Origin: Antedon mediterranea
Lineage: Eukaryota > Animalia > Echinodermata
DNA length: 64,000 bases
Reading direction: 5' to 3'
Assembly (NCBI RefSeq): GCF_964355755.1
Contig: NC_092676.1
Coordinates: forward strand, 14,340,871 to 14,404,870
Shown: positions 26,201 to 38,200 of the stretch, piece by piece
How positions within the stretch are numbered: position 1 is the stretch's first letter
Layout of the letters: the number at the start of each line of letters is the position of its first letter
Translations under genes and position numbers: made by a program
The notes under the pieces: model-generated
What the model saw: only the letters and a program-made list of their open reading frames with translations
Told to the model about the DNA's origin: nothing
The model's database searches: none

Positions 26201-29200
26201 CAGATGATACACAGATTTATGTGTCAGTAAATCCAGTGCAAAGGGATCTTGCTGCAGCAATCAGTAAGATGGAATCCTGTATAGAAGATGTTCGCAATTG
26301 GATGACAACAAATTACCTAAAGTTGAATGATGGAAAGACAGAGTTTATTATCGTCGGGTCTAAATGTAACATCTCCAAAATCAACATCACACATATCAGA
26401 ATCGGAAACTCTAACATCGCTCCCTCATCGGTGGTCCGGAATCTGGGAATCATGCTGGATAGTAATCTCACTATGGAAGCACAAATAACAACTGTATCCA
26501 AAGCAGCATGCATATCGATTAGGAACCTTGGTCGTATTCGCGGTAATCTTAACAAGAAAACAGCTGAATTGATTGTACACTCATTTGTCACTTCTAAAAT
26601 TGACATTGGTAATGCCTTGTTGTTTGGCATACCAAAATCTCAAATACAACGTTTGCAGCGCTTGCAAAATATGGCAGCTAGAATTGTAACTTATACAAAA
26701 TCAAACGCTCACATAACTCCTGTCCTGATGGATTTGCATTGGTTGCCTGTTCAACAACGTATTAAGTACAAACTTGCGTTGTTTGTATTCAAGATCCTAA
26801 ATGACAGTGCTCCTGCTTATTTATCTGACCTTGTGGATCGTTACGAATCATCCCGCAGAGGCCTACGATCATTGTCACAAAACCTTCTTCAAGAGCGTAG
26901 AGCGAAAAATCAGTGGGGTCAGAGATCTTTTTACGTTGCGGCCGCAAGTGTATGGAACAGCTTACCAGCAACAGTTAAATGCTCAACTAGTCTAAACAGT
27001 TTCAAGACCAACCTAAAGACGTCGCTATTCGCTGATGTTCTCGCACGTTGTTAATGCACAAAGCGCCATGAGCGCCACATGGGTGGAGGATACCGGCGCT
27101 ATATAAGTTTTCATTTATTATTTATTATTATTATCGGGTAGCACATTCTTTCAAATGGATAGCACATTCTTTCAAATGGATAGCACATTATTTCAAATGG
27201 ATAGCACATTAGGTAGCACAATCAAATGGATATAATTGTACTGTACATTATTCTATACGGATTATCGGGTAGCACATTCTTTCAAATGGATAGCAAATTA
27301 TTTCAAATGGATAGCATGGATTTGGGTAGCACAATCAAATTGAGCACATTGGGTAACACATTGCATCAAATGGGAGCCTACTGTACAGTTATTCTATTGA
27401 ATTGAATTGAAATATATATTTATACTGGGTAACCTCTTCAGTCAAAGACTGGTCTCCCAGAGGGCCCAGTTGGTGATCAGTGGCTGTGATGTACTAATAC
27501 ACCGGGGTAACCCCCCACTCGTCTCGAAAGATGTACTAGGTTCTTTAAAGTACACACGAGCTTGATGTGTATTTTATTATCGGGTGTAGCACATTAAAAT
27601 TGAGAGGATAAGATGGACATCATAATTTATTATTAAGGGGGAAAACAGCAAATCCTTACTGAGGGGACACTCCTATAAAGCGGACATTAAGGGGACAGGG
27701 AACATTTAAGCTCAGTGCCAATGTTCACTCAATATATTTTCCATCACAAAATAACAAAAAATACGAAATATTTATATCCATTTATCGTTATTAAATAAAA
27801 ATGGATATCATGATAATTATGATACTTTGTTTGTCTTGAAAGTTTTCATTGGTGAAACGTTGCCTGCTACATTTTGAATTTCCGAGTCCAGATCAGTATT
27901 GGTATTGGTTTTCCGTGATCTATTCTAACTAATGATATATCTGATAGATATCATCTAAGTGATGTTTTACATATAAGTTATAACGTTTAACTTTTCATTC
28001 TCCATACATTCAATTCTTTTAATATAGTTCTTGTATAACACCATATCAAGTAGTAGTAGAAATTATTGTAGGGTTTTCTTATTATTCAGTCAATTCAGTG
28101 TTTCTATACAGAAAAGAGTAGTCAGTGGCCTTAACATCAATTAATTGTATAATTTGCACCCAAGGTCAAATAGCAAGAAACTCAGGTCCAGTTACATTGG
28201 TGTTCATTGGTCAATAGGAAATGAACAGCACACTTATGGGTGGTGACAAAGTTTAGTTATTGATAAGTTGTCCTTGGGAAAAACACATTAGTTGGGTTGA
28301 CCATGGGCTGACAGAGTTAACGACTTCGTAACGCTATCCGGGGCTCCTGCGCCTAATGAACATATAAATTATAAATTCTCGAGTTCGATGATATTGACTG
28401 TGTAATTTTCGTGTGGCAACACTCGCGTTTGCCGATAAATAAACAAAAGTCATCTACTGGATCTTGAACTTGGGTGGAATTGTCACTCCATCGCAAGACA
28501 ACGCTTCAACCGCTGCGCCACTGAACTTGCTTGAAGAAATTAATCTTCTAAACTATTTAAGCTATGCATACATAGCGCCCTCATTTGTTATTAGTCCACC
28601 CTAAATGTGATGAAACACCGTTTGTGATTGGTCAATACTCACGGTGTAGTAACCTAGTAACTAGTACGCGCTGAACATCCGGTGATTCGGCTCCTCGAAG
28701 AGAAGTTAGAAGACGAATTATTTTATTTATTCGGCCTACCTGATTATAATATTATTATTAATATAGGCTTATTGATGGAAATTCTTCTGTTAATTTAAAC
28801 GACCTAGGCCTAAGTGAATATTTTATTGCCAAGGAATCATTAATTAGTAATTATCTGTATATTATTCTTCGCAAGGTAAGGTGTCTAGGCAGGCTTGTTT
28901 AAATACAATACAAATACTATAGGCCTAGCCTAGGTAGCTAGCCTAGCTTCACCCAACCCAGCAGACTTGTTCTTGGCTATATAATATAACAGATATTGCC
29001 TTTTATATCGGTTAAATATAAGATTTGACATCCCCGAGGGAATGATATTAAGTTCGAAAGAATATATATTTCCCGAAGCGCCAGCTGAGGGAAATATATA
29101 TTCCCTCGAACTTAATATCATTCCCTCGGGGATGTCAAATCTTATATTTAACCGATAAGCAGTCAATATCTGTATAATATTACATAGCCTATGTAAATAC

Positions 29201-32200
29201 GCGAACGTGATTGGTTGAAACTGCATCACATGACTACCGCTGCGAGGATCGTAAATCGTATATATCCTCGAGAACGATGATATTGACTGTGTAATTTTCG
29301 CGTAATAATCGTGTACCCTGTCATTAATCATATAAATTCTCGAGTACGATGATATTGACTGTGTAATTTTCGTGTGCAACACTCGAGTTTGCCGATAAAT
29401 AAACAAAAGTCATCTACTCGATCTTGAATTCGGGTGGAATTGTCACTCCATCGCAAGACAACGTTTCATCCGCTGGGCCACGGAATTTGCTTGAAGAAAT
29501 TAATCTTCTAAACTATTTTAGGCTATGCATACATAGCGCCCTCATTTGTTATAAGTCCACCCTAAATGTGATGAAACACCGTTTGTGATTGGTCAATACT
29601 CACGGTAGTAACCTAGTAACTAGTCCGCGCTGAACATCCGGTGATTCGGCTCCTCGAAGATCGAGAGAAGACGAATTGTTTATTCGGCCTACCTGATTAT
29701 AATATTATTATTAATAGGCTTATTGATGGAAATTCTTCTGTTAATTTAAACGACCTAGGCCTAAGTGAATATTTTATTGCCAAGGAATCATTAATTAGTA
29801 ATTATCTGTATATTATTCTTCGCAAGGTAAGGTGTCTAGGCAGGCTTGTTTTAAATACAATACAAATACTATAGGAGGCCTAGCCTAGCTTCACCCAACC
29901 CAGCAGACTTGTTCTTGGCTATATAATATAACAGATATTGCCTTTTATATCGGTTAAATATAAGATTTGACATCCCTCGGGAATGTCAAATCTTATATTT
30001 AACCTCTAAGCAGTCAATATCTGTATAATATAGATGCAGGTAGACGGTAATCGGTAAAATCTTGTTCAATAAATAAAGACTTTGTTCTTGCTGTTCTTGT
30101 TTGTGCCGAGTTTGTGTCATTTATCGTAGAATATCTTTAAAATGTCAATTGAACAAGAATTTATCAAGCAGAAAAGCAAGTATACAATGTTCGTTAGATA
30201 GAAATTTTATAAGCTTGTTTATGGCAGCTGATACCAAATAGGGGTTTTCCGTTTTGGAGTGTAAACAAAACAGGACCACTAGGCCTGATATGGCCTAGCT
30301 TGTATTAGCCTAGCATGGTTATAATAAAAGGTAGGTGGATGCGCTTTATGGAAGTCGGCAGACGGGTCGACCATCACAAAATTAATACTTGCCCTTACCA
30401 AATAAAGGTCGCTATTGGCAACCGGGCGACCGGTAATTTTCAGCCCTGATTATAAAATAGGGATGTGGCAAGAACAGAAAGTTTCAACTTGATATATCAT
30501 TATATATTATTATTTTATATATGCAATATACAATCAGCAATAATAATTATTACCGTCATGTAATAACGTTCGTTTCGTTACTATTATGATGATCAAACGC
30601 ATGTGATTCTGAAATTGCGACGGCGAGAAATTCAATTTTAATTTCAATTTTATCAGTTCCTGACAGAATTAAGATTTGAAATTTGTAGTATACTTTTAAT
30701 AATCAATTCCATTCTTCCATTTATAAAATCAAGCGTGTATTTTATCATAAAAATCACAAATGATAATGATGGAAGAGTACGATATGTGTGAGAACAGTAT
30801 GCGTTTGTTTGTTGATACCAAGCTAGTACTGAATAGCTATATTAGAAGAATTATAACACTCTCCTAACACCTTATTCGCTCTTGGCCTTTTATTATATTT
30901 AACAATTCATAATTTGTTCGTAATTTTTCATTGCGAGTTTATGATTTATGTTTTAATTTATGTTTTTTTTTCATATTCAGGAATAAAGATGAACAAATAT
31001 ATTTTTTTCGGAGTTTATTTTATATTATCAATAATATTTTTAATTTGTAGAAACCGAAGAAATAGACAGGATGTGCATATTATGTGATCAGTTGTTTAGT
31101 GTTTTATCAAAGTTAAACATGCTAGGAAGGACAGCAATAAGAAGAAGTGAAACTCTTAAAATTGTGTACAAACTAATTGACCTGGACTCAGCAGAACTTT
31201 CTTTAAAGGCCTCAAGAATTGTTTTGGCAGTAAGTAATTATTTCATAATGTAATATAGTCATATTTCTACCAATTTAAAATCTTACTAATAATTCCTTGA
31301 AATGTACAATTTTTTTAAGGGTGGCTTCTTTTCAAAATGAATGTTATTACTACAATAATATGATTTTTTAGAGATTCCCTGTCAATTTTACATATTTGCC
31401 AACAAAGCAGACAAGAAGAAGATACAAGATGCAAAGCACCATTTTCAATATAGTGTAAAATAACTAGAAATTGCAAAATTTGCAATTGTGTGCTATGATT
31501 ATTTGTGCGGCGGATTCAGTCTTATTGAAACAAAACAAGGTGTTTACCGACCGACCGCCTTAGTGAGCTGTAGATTTATGTTGCACGCGACTAAAAATGG
31601 CTTAATAAGGCTCGAGTCTTCTAGTGGATTTTGAGACTGTTTTAATCGAGGAGTTTAAATTGAACATTCACAGTGTGAATCGCCAAATTGTGCTGTGCCT
31701 TGTATGCAAGGATTAGGACCTTGTTGTTTGTTGCACTGGTAACCAGTGAAGATCTGCAAGCATTGCATTACAGTAGTCAAGCCTGGATCCAACAAATACA
31801 TGCACAAGCTTCTCTGTGTTATTTGAGCGGCGGATTCAGTCTTATTGAAACAAAACAAGGTGTTTACCGACCGACCGACTTAGTGAGCTGTAGAGTTATG
31901 TTGCACGCGACTAAAAATGGCTTAATGGGGCTCGAGTCTTCTAGTGGATTTTGAGACTGTTTTAATCGAGGAGTTTAAATTGAACATTCACAGTGTGAAT
32001 CGCCAAATTGTGCTGTGCCTTGTATGCAAGGATTAGGACCTTGTTGTTTTTTGCACTGGTAACCAGTGAAGATCTGCAAGCATTGCATTACAGTAGTCAA
32101 GCCTGGATCCAACAAATATGCACAAGCTTCTGTGTGTTATTTGAGCGACGGATTCAGTCTTATTGAAACAAAACAAGGTGTTTACCAACCACCGACTTAG

Positions 32201-35200
32201 TGAGCTGTAGAGTTATGTTGCACGCGACTAAAAATGGCTTAATGGGGCTCGAGTCTTCTAGTGGATTTTGAGACTGTTTTAATCAAGGAGTTTAAATTGG
32301 ACATTCACAGTGTGAATAATACAGAGAAGCTTGTGCATGTATTTGTTGGATCCAGGCTTGACTACTGTAATGCAATGCTTGCATATCTTCACTGGTTACC
32401 AGTGCAACAAACAACACAGTATAAGGTCCTAATCCTTGCATACATGGGAAAGCACAATTAAATTTGTTGATCGATACTTTTGCAGTCGGCCAATATATCT
32501 AATGACGCAGATGCAGATCATTCCTTCATGTTATATACATGTATCTGTTGTTGAAATGTGAAATATGTCGCATCAATGTGTTGATGGAAGAGGTCCATAA
32601 ATCTTCTACTGTGAGCTTCGTTCTCTGGTGTAATGTTTTGTCTTTTTTCAAGTATGTTCTCACTACTTCCAGAGCTTGGGTTCTAGGAGTTTTTGTAAAT
32701 AATGAAACAACATGAAATGAGACCATCACTTCATTCTCCATCATTGTAACCTGTTTTAAATCGTCTGCCATTTCTTTCGAGTTATTAAAATGATATTTGT
32801 TTAAACCAACCAAAGGACTTTATCCTTTGCGATGAACTTGGAAACGTGATAGAAAACAGAATTAATGTTATCCACAATTGGTCTGAGTGGCCAGTCGGGT
32901 TTGTGAATTTTGGGTAAGCAATAAATTCTACTACTAGGCACTGATTCAGAGGCAGGGTACAGATTACATTTTTGTTTCCATGAAATCTTTTCTTCCTTTA
33001 ACAATTTGTTAAGTGTCTTTGTGAGCTAATTGTCTTTATACTTCTTCATCGGATTCGAAGTTAGTTTTCTATAAACCATTTTCATTCATTAACAATAAAT
33101 TCACTTTCTTTACATAATCTTCTGTGTTCAACACTACTGTTGCACGGCCTTTGTCTGCCGGCAAAAGCATTCTTCTTTGGTTTTTTTGTACAGACCATTC
33201 CAAACAGTATGTCAACGAAACGTCACTAAAGGTATTTATACCAATTGTGTATGTCTCTTTTGGTTCAACAGTTAAAGGTAATATTTTCCCAGTTAATTAT
33301 ATTTGGAAACCAGATAAATTTATTTACATGGACCAATCCCATCATGACAGACGATAACTTCAGGTTCAAAACATTATTTGACCAAGTACTTACTTCTCTA
33401 CTACCGATTAACCCCGTTGGGGTCATTTATTTGTTTAAATATTTGTATACAGAATTTTATAAGCATCTGCAATTAGGTTTTTAACTACTCTGGTGGTGCT
33501 AAGCCTTTCACATTCAGCAACATAAGCATTGGCAGATAATTGGTGACCAGTTACAAATTTAGAATGCTAGGATGTTCGGTTTTAAGGGGGAGTTTCCCAA
33601 GAACCAGTGGGAATATTAAAAGAAAACAGATCACGCTTAATAACATCTTTAAAACAGAGTTTTGGACGTCCGCATGATCGGGGTGAGTCAGCCAGTTCTC
33701 CGTAGAAAATATTTTTTGGTAGATGGTAATCTTACTGCCGATTAACATTACCAGACCAGCGTAAGAGCCATTTTCTAAGCATTGTAAATATATCAGTTGT
33801 ACCAGTAATTGACAACACAGCACTATTGGGTACACGATCATGCCAAGAAACACCTAAGATAGAACGCAGACAGCGAACATGAAAACAATTTAGTCTTTTC
33901 TCTTGATGACGATACGTGGTCCAGGACGCTGAGCAATATAACAGGACACTTTAGCACACATGCAAAGTAGACTAGATGTGAGTCTTAAATTTGATGGTAA
34001 GGTTATGGTTGTTCCATACACGAGCATGAAGTCGTCCAAAAGTGGTTGCTGATTTTCCAATACGTGTATCAAGCTCAACATCTAGTGAGTTAGTGTCACT
34101 AATAGGTTAATTTCTTTACAACTTCTAAGGGTTTACCTTAAATTAGAATGTTAGGTGGTTCTTCATCTGCGCCCTGAGCCAGGATTACTGTTTTAACGAT
34201 GTTGATCAACATTCCAAAATCTGAGCAGGCCTTTGAAAAGGGGCTACACAGAAGAAACGAGGACATATTGATTGAAATAGGGGAGGAGAGGCAAATAATG
34301 AAAAGGATAGCGGAGCCTCTAGAATTAGGCAAGGAGGATTATTGAAATTGTGATCTGCGCTTGGTGGATAACCCCTTGTTATGCCCATCGCATATTTAAC
34401 AGACATCGAAAACCATAACAATTTAAATTGAAACTTAGCAAAAGTGTAATTTATATCATGCACTAACTTTCTGTGGAAAAAAATGAAATGTCTCACAGAA
34501 AGTTACGTGCGCACTCGGTTTAAAAATTTAGAATTCGAAAAATTGAATTATAAAAGTTGTATTTTTATATTTTGCGTCATAGTTCATGCCATTTAAAAAA
34601 GAGCGCATTCTACATATCCAAATATCTTCAACACTTTAATATGTTGTTGATCAGATAATTTCCTTCCAAAATTGCTATCTGCGCATTTCATTATGATGAT
34701 GTCATCATGTTAAAAATTGGAATAAAAGGCATGTTCTGTTTTTTTCCACCTATAACTGTATGTAGTATGTATACAGATATTATACTGTTAATTATACAGT
34801 ACTTAGACACAAAATAGAGGGTACACTAAAATGTTATGTTCTTCAGGTCAGAATGGCATGTTTTTCTGTGCGCAATATTCTAACGGCGGATAACCTAACT
34901 CGTCTATAGTGACGAGTTCAAATCTAGTTGCAGGTTATCCGCACTTAACCCCTTTGATATTGTCAGGTTACAAACATTTTTATTACGTCATCATATAAAA
35001 AAATTAGAATATCGTGACTTGCTTACTTTCATCTATAGAGTCAATTTAAATCTGTCATAGCTCCTCGGAATGAAAAGTGACCCACAAACTTATATTATTA
35101 TGGAAGCTATTGAATTGTAGATATGAATTCATATAAACATTTTGTTCATCTGATGTCATGATGTCATCATATGGTCAGTTCATTTTCATCTCTTGAGTGA

Positions 35201-38200
35201 AACTCTGAGCAAAAACTTATTTTTCAATAAAACTTTACAAAAGTGTATTTCATAATATGGAGCAACTTTTGACATGATAAAAATGGTGTGCTACGCAAAA
35301 AATTATGCGAGTACGCGTATTTGAAAATTCAAATTGTGCAAAATTAATTTCTAACGCGTTCCCCATTTTCTCCTAGATTTTAATACGATCTTTCTCAATC
35401 ACTTCTCTTTCACATCAGCTACTCATGAGCTTAATTTTTTATTTTTTTTTACATTAGAATAATGTGAGTTATTTAATTTAATCTTTACAGTATATTTTAA
35501 TCTGTTATAGCTCATCGGAATGAAAAGTGACCCATGTGATTAAAAATTATTACGGAAGCTGTTGAATTGCAGATATGAATTTATATAAAAATGTTGTCTA
35601 TCTGATGTCATGACGTCATCATATGGCCAGTTGAATGAAAAGTCAGATTTTCAGTTCATCGCATTTAAAATAAAGCGCATATCACTTTTACGCGCCCAAA
35701 ATTCTTCAAATTTATATTGATGTAATTATTTAGATAGTTATATTAAAAATTGGTTATTTTTATGTCAATTTGATGACGTCATTGTGTTAGTAGATGGGTT
35801 TTGTAATTCCGTCTATGCTACACTGTATACAGTGTATTCTGTAATACTGGAATATGCTGTATGATAAAAAATAGGTACAGTTCAGCTCTGTAAACATATT
35901 AAATTCATGTCATAGGATGGCATAATTATTGTCGACGTTCATATAATTTAACGTGTGCATGTTGCATTTCCGCAGATAACCCGAACTAGTAAAAAATTAT
36001 GAGTTCAAATCTCTGTATTATTCTTCTTTCTTTCCACCCTATTTTTGTGCGTTGCGTTCTAAATTTGTCAACATTTTTGAAAAATTAAATTAATTTCTAA
36101 TCAATTTTCTATTCGCTTCATATTCCATTTTCCCCATTTTTTAATATTGTCTAGGTTAATCAATTGTCTTAATTTAATTTGGATGACGTCGTCACGTCAA
36201 AAAATTTGAATAACGTGGGTCACTTATTTTCATCTTTATAGTCAATTTCAATATGTTATAGTTTATACGTACGTGCCCGTGGCCGCGTTGTTGTGCGGAT
36301 AACTAACTCGTCAAAGTGATGAGTCCAAATGTAGTGTTAAGTTTGTTATTTCGGTCCAAGAAAATGTCATAATTTGTTTTATTGTCGAAATTTAAAAAAA
36401 TATTATTTAATATGCAATTAATGAAGACGTAATCAACTTTTTTTTCTCTTAATTTCCTAATAAATCATACATATAATACACTAATTCAGAAAATTAAATG
36501 AAAAATAGGATTCACCGAGCATTCTGACGATCTATTAATTTAAAAAATGATCATATTTTCACCATTTTGTTAAGTTGTCACTTATAATGAAATTGCTAAA
36601 GAAAGGTTGCAAAACAGAAATAGGAAATAAAAGAGTGCGCAACAACGTTAATTGTATTGCCATAATTATGATGAAATATGATCTGAAATTTGGTTTAATC
36701 ATAATACATGCTTGTGAAGATATGATTTACAAACATAATTTCGTTAATTAGCATAGACTGCATAATTTGTTATTGCGCACCGTGAAAAGATAATCGCATT
36801 GATTCCTGGCCATAAGGAATATGCTAAAATATATAAATTGACATAGCAAAATGAAATTGATCTAAAGATAATTGTCGGATAATAATAGTTATATACTAAG
36901 AAAAGAATAAATAAATAAAGATTCTGACAAAATCAATAAGGTAATGCATGATAACATCATCTACAGTTAGAGGTCAATCTTCTGACAAAGTTATACAATC
37001 TTATGTTGACAAGAATGGAAAGAAAGAAGAATAAGATAACGGATAACCAAATAGATATGTATGAAGAAAGAAGACTGTCATGGACCTGCAAAATGGCAGA
37101 TGACAAAAAGTCTATAAAAAAAGTATAATCAAAATGTTATTCTGTACATGTTATGATCATGTCATGATCATAACCAAAAAAAAAAAAGATCCTGACAACA
37201 ACAAGGGGTTTCCACCAAGTGCGGATAATCAAATAGAGAAGTACGAAGAAAGAAGACTGTCATGGACCTGCAAAATGGCAGATGACAAAAAGTCAAGAAT
37301 GAAAAGTGTTTATAAAAATGTTATTTGTACATGAGCATTTGGAAACGAAAGGCCACCATGCTGTTTAACGCTTATACAATAACTGAAAGCAGGCCTTTTT
37401 GTCTTGTAGGTTGTTGATTTTTCCATGATTATATTTTTTAAAGCAAGATTGGAAAGAACATATCAAAACTGTTGCTTTAGAAAAACAATTCTTATTATTA
37501 TATTGAGGATAGAGGTATAAAACGGGGAAGCAACAGAAAACGCATCTCTTTGGTTTCGGAAATTTTAATCAGTTGTATATATATAGGTACACTCCCACCA
37601 AAACCTTTAGGCCTAGACTACGAAGTAGGAGATAAACTCAAATTAATTAATGTTTTCAAGAGTGTGCTTAAGACACATCTACTGTCGGCTGCTTTGGCAA
37701 TTTGGCAATGTAAGATTTAATTTGTTTAGCTAGATACCCACATCACTGAGAACACCTGTGAGTTATGTACTGGCTGGTAACGGAAGCAGTGATGTGGATT
37801 CGATTTGGTTTTGTTTTTTATTCGGTTTTTGTCAAATTTATCAATAGCATTTAGGTTTAAGGTTAAAGCGCCTTGAGCACTTTAGTGGATATGTGCGCTG
37901 TATAAATCTTATTTACCTCCGCCAAGGAGGTATATGTAATCGGTAGCGTGTGTTTGTTTGTTTGTTAGCAGGATTACTCAAAAAGTAATCACAAGATCTT
38001 TACCAAAATGAATAGACAGATAGATTTGTGGTCAAGGACCATTCCATTAAATTTTGGGACCATTTGGGACCACAGTCCCAATTCTGGACCACTTTTTAGT
38101 ATACTTTTTCAGACCTGCTAGTGTTAAAAGATAGGACAGAATTTTTCAAAAGCCGGCGAGCAGTCTTAAAGTAAAAAGTAAACTGAAATTGCATTTTCTC

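Larger units (their letters stand above)
21326..28358. mobile_element. Unclassified TIR element (32-bp perfect TIR) carrying a satellite
   Basis: CATTAGGCGCAGGAGCCCCGGATAGCGTTACG at 21326 and its reverse complement ending at 28358; absent from paralogous copy B (site near 29325). Confidence 0.82.
21178..30030. repeat. Head-to-tail dimer of a ~0.9-kb unit ending in a long palindrome (copy A 21178-21325 + 28359-29177; copy B 29178-30030); possibly Crypton-like non-autonomous
   Basis: The two copies are near-identical by eye; copy A is split by the 21326-28358 element; palindrome at about 28985-29178. Confidence 0.8.

Noticed and set aside
28930-29406. 158-aa ORF across the palindrome
   Set aside because: It reads through an internal duplication and a hairpin, has no recognisable domain, and starts at a non-ATG codon.
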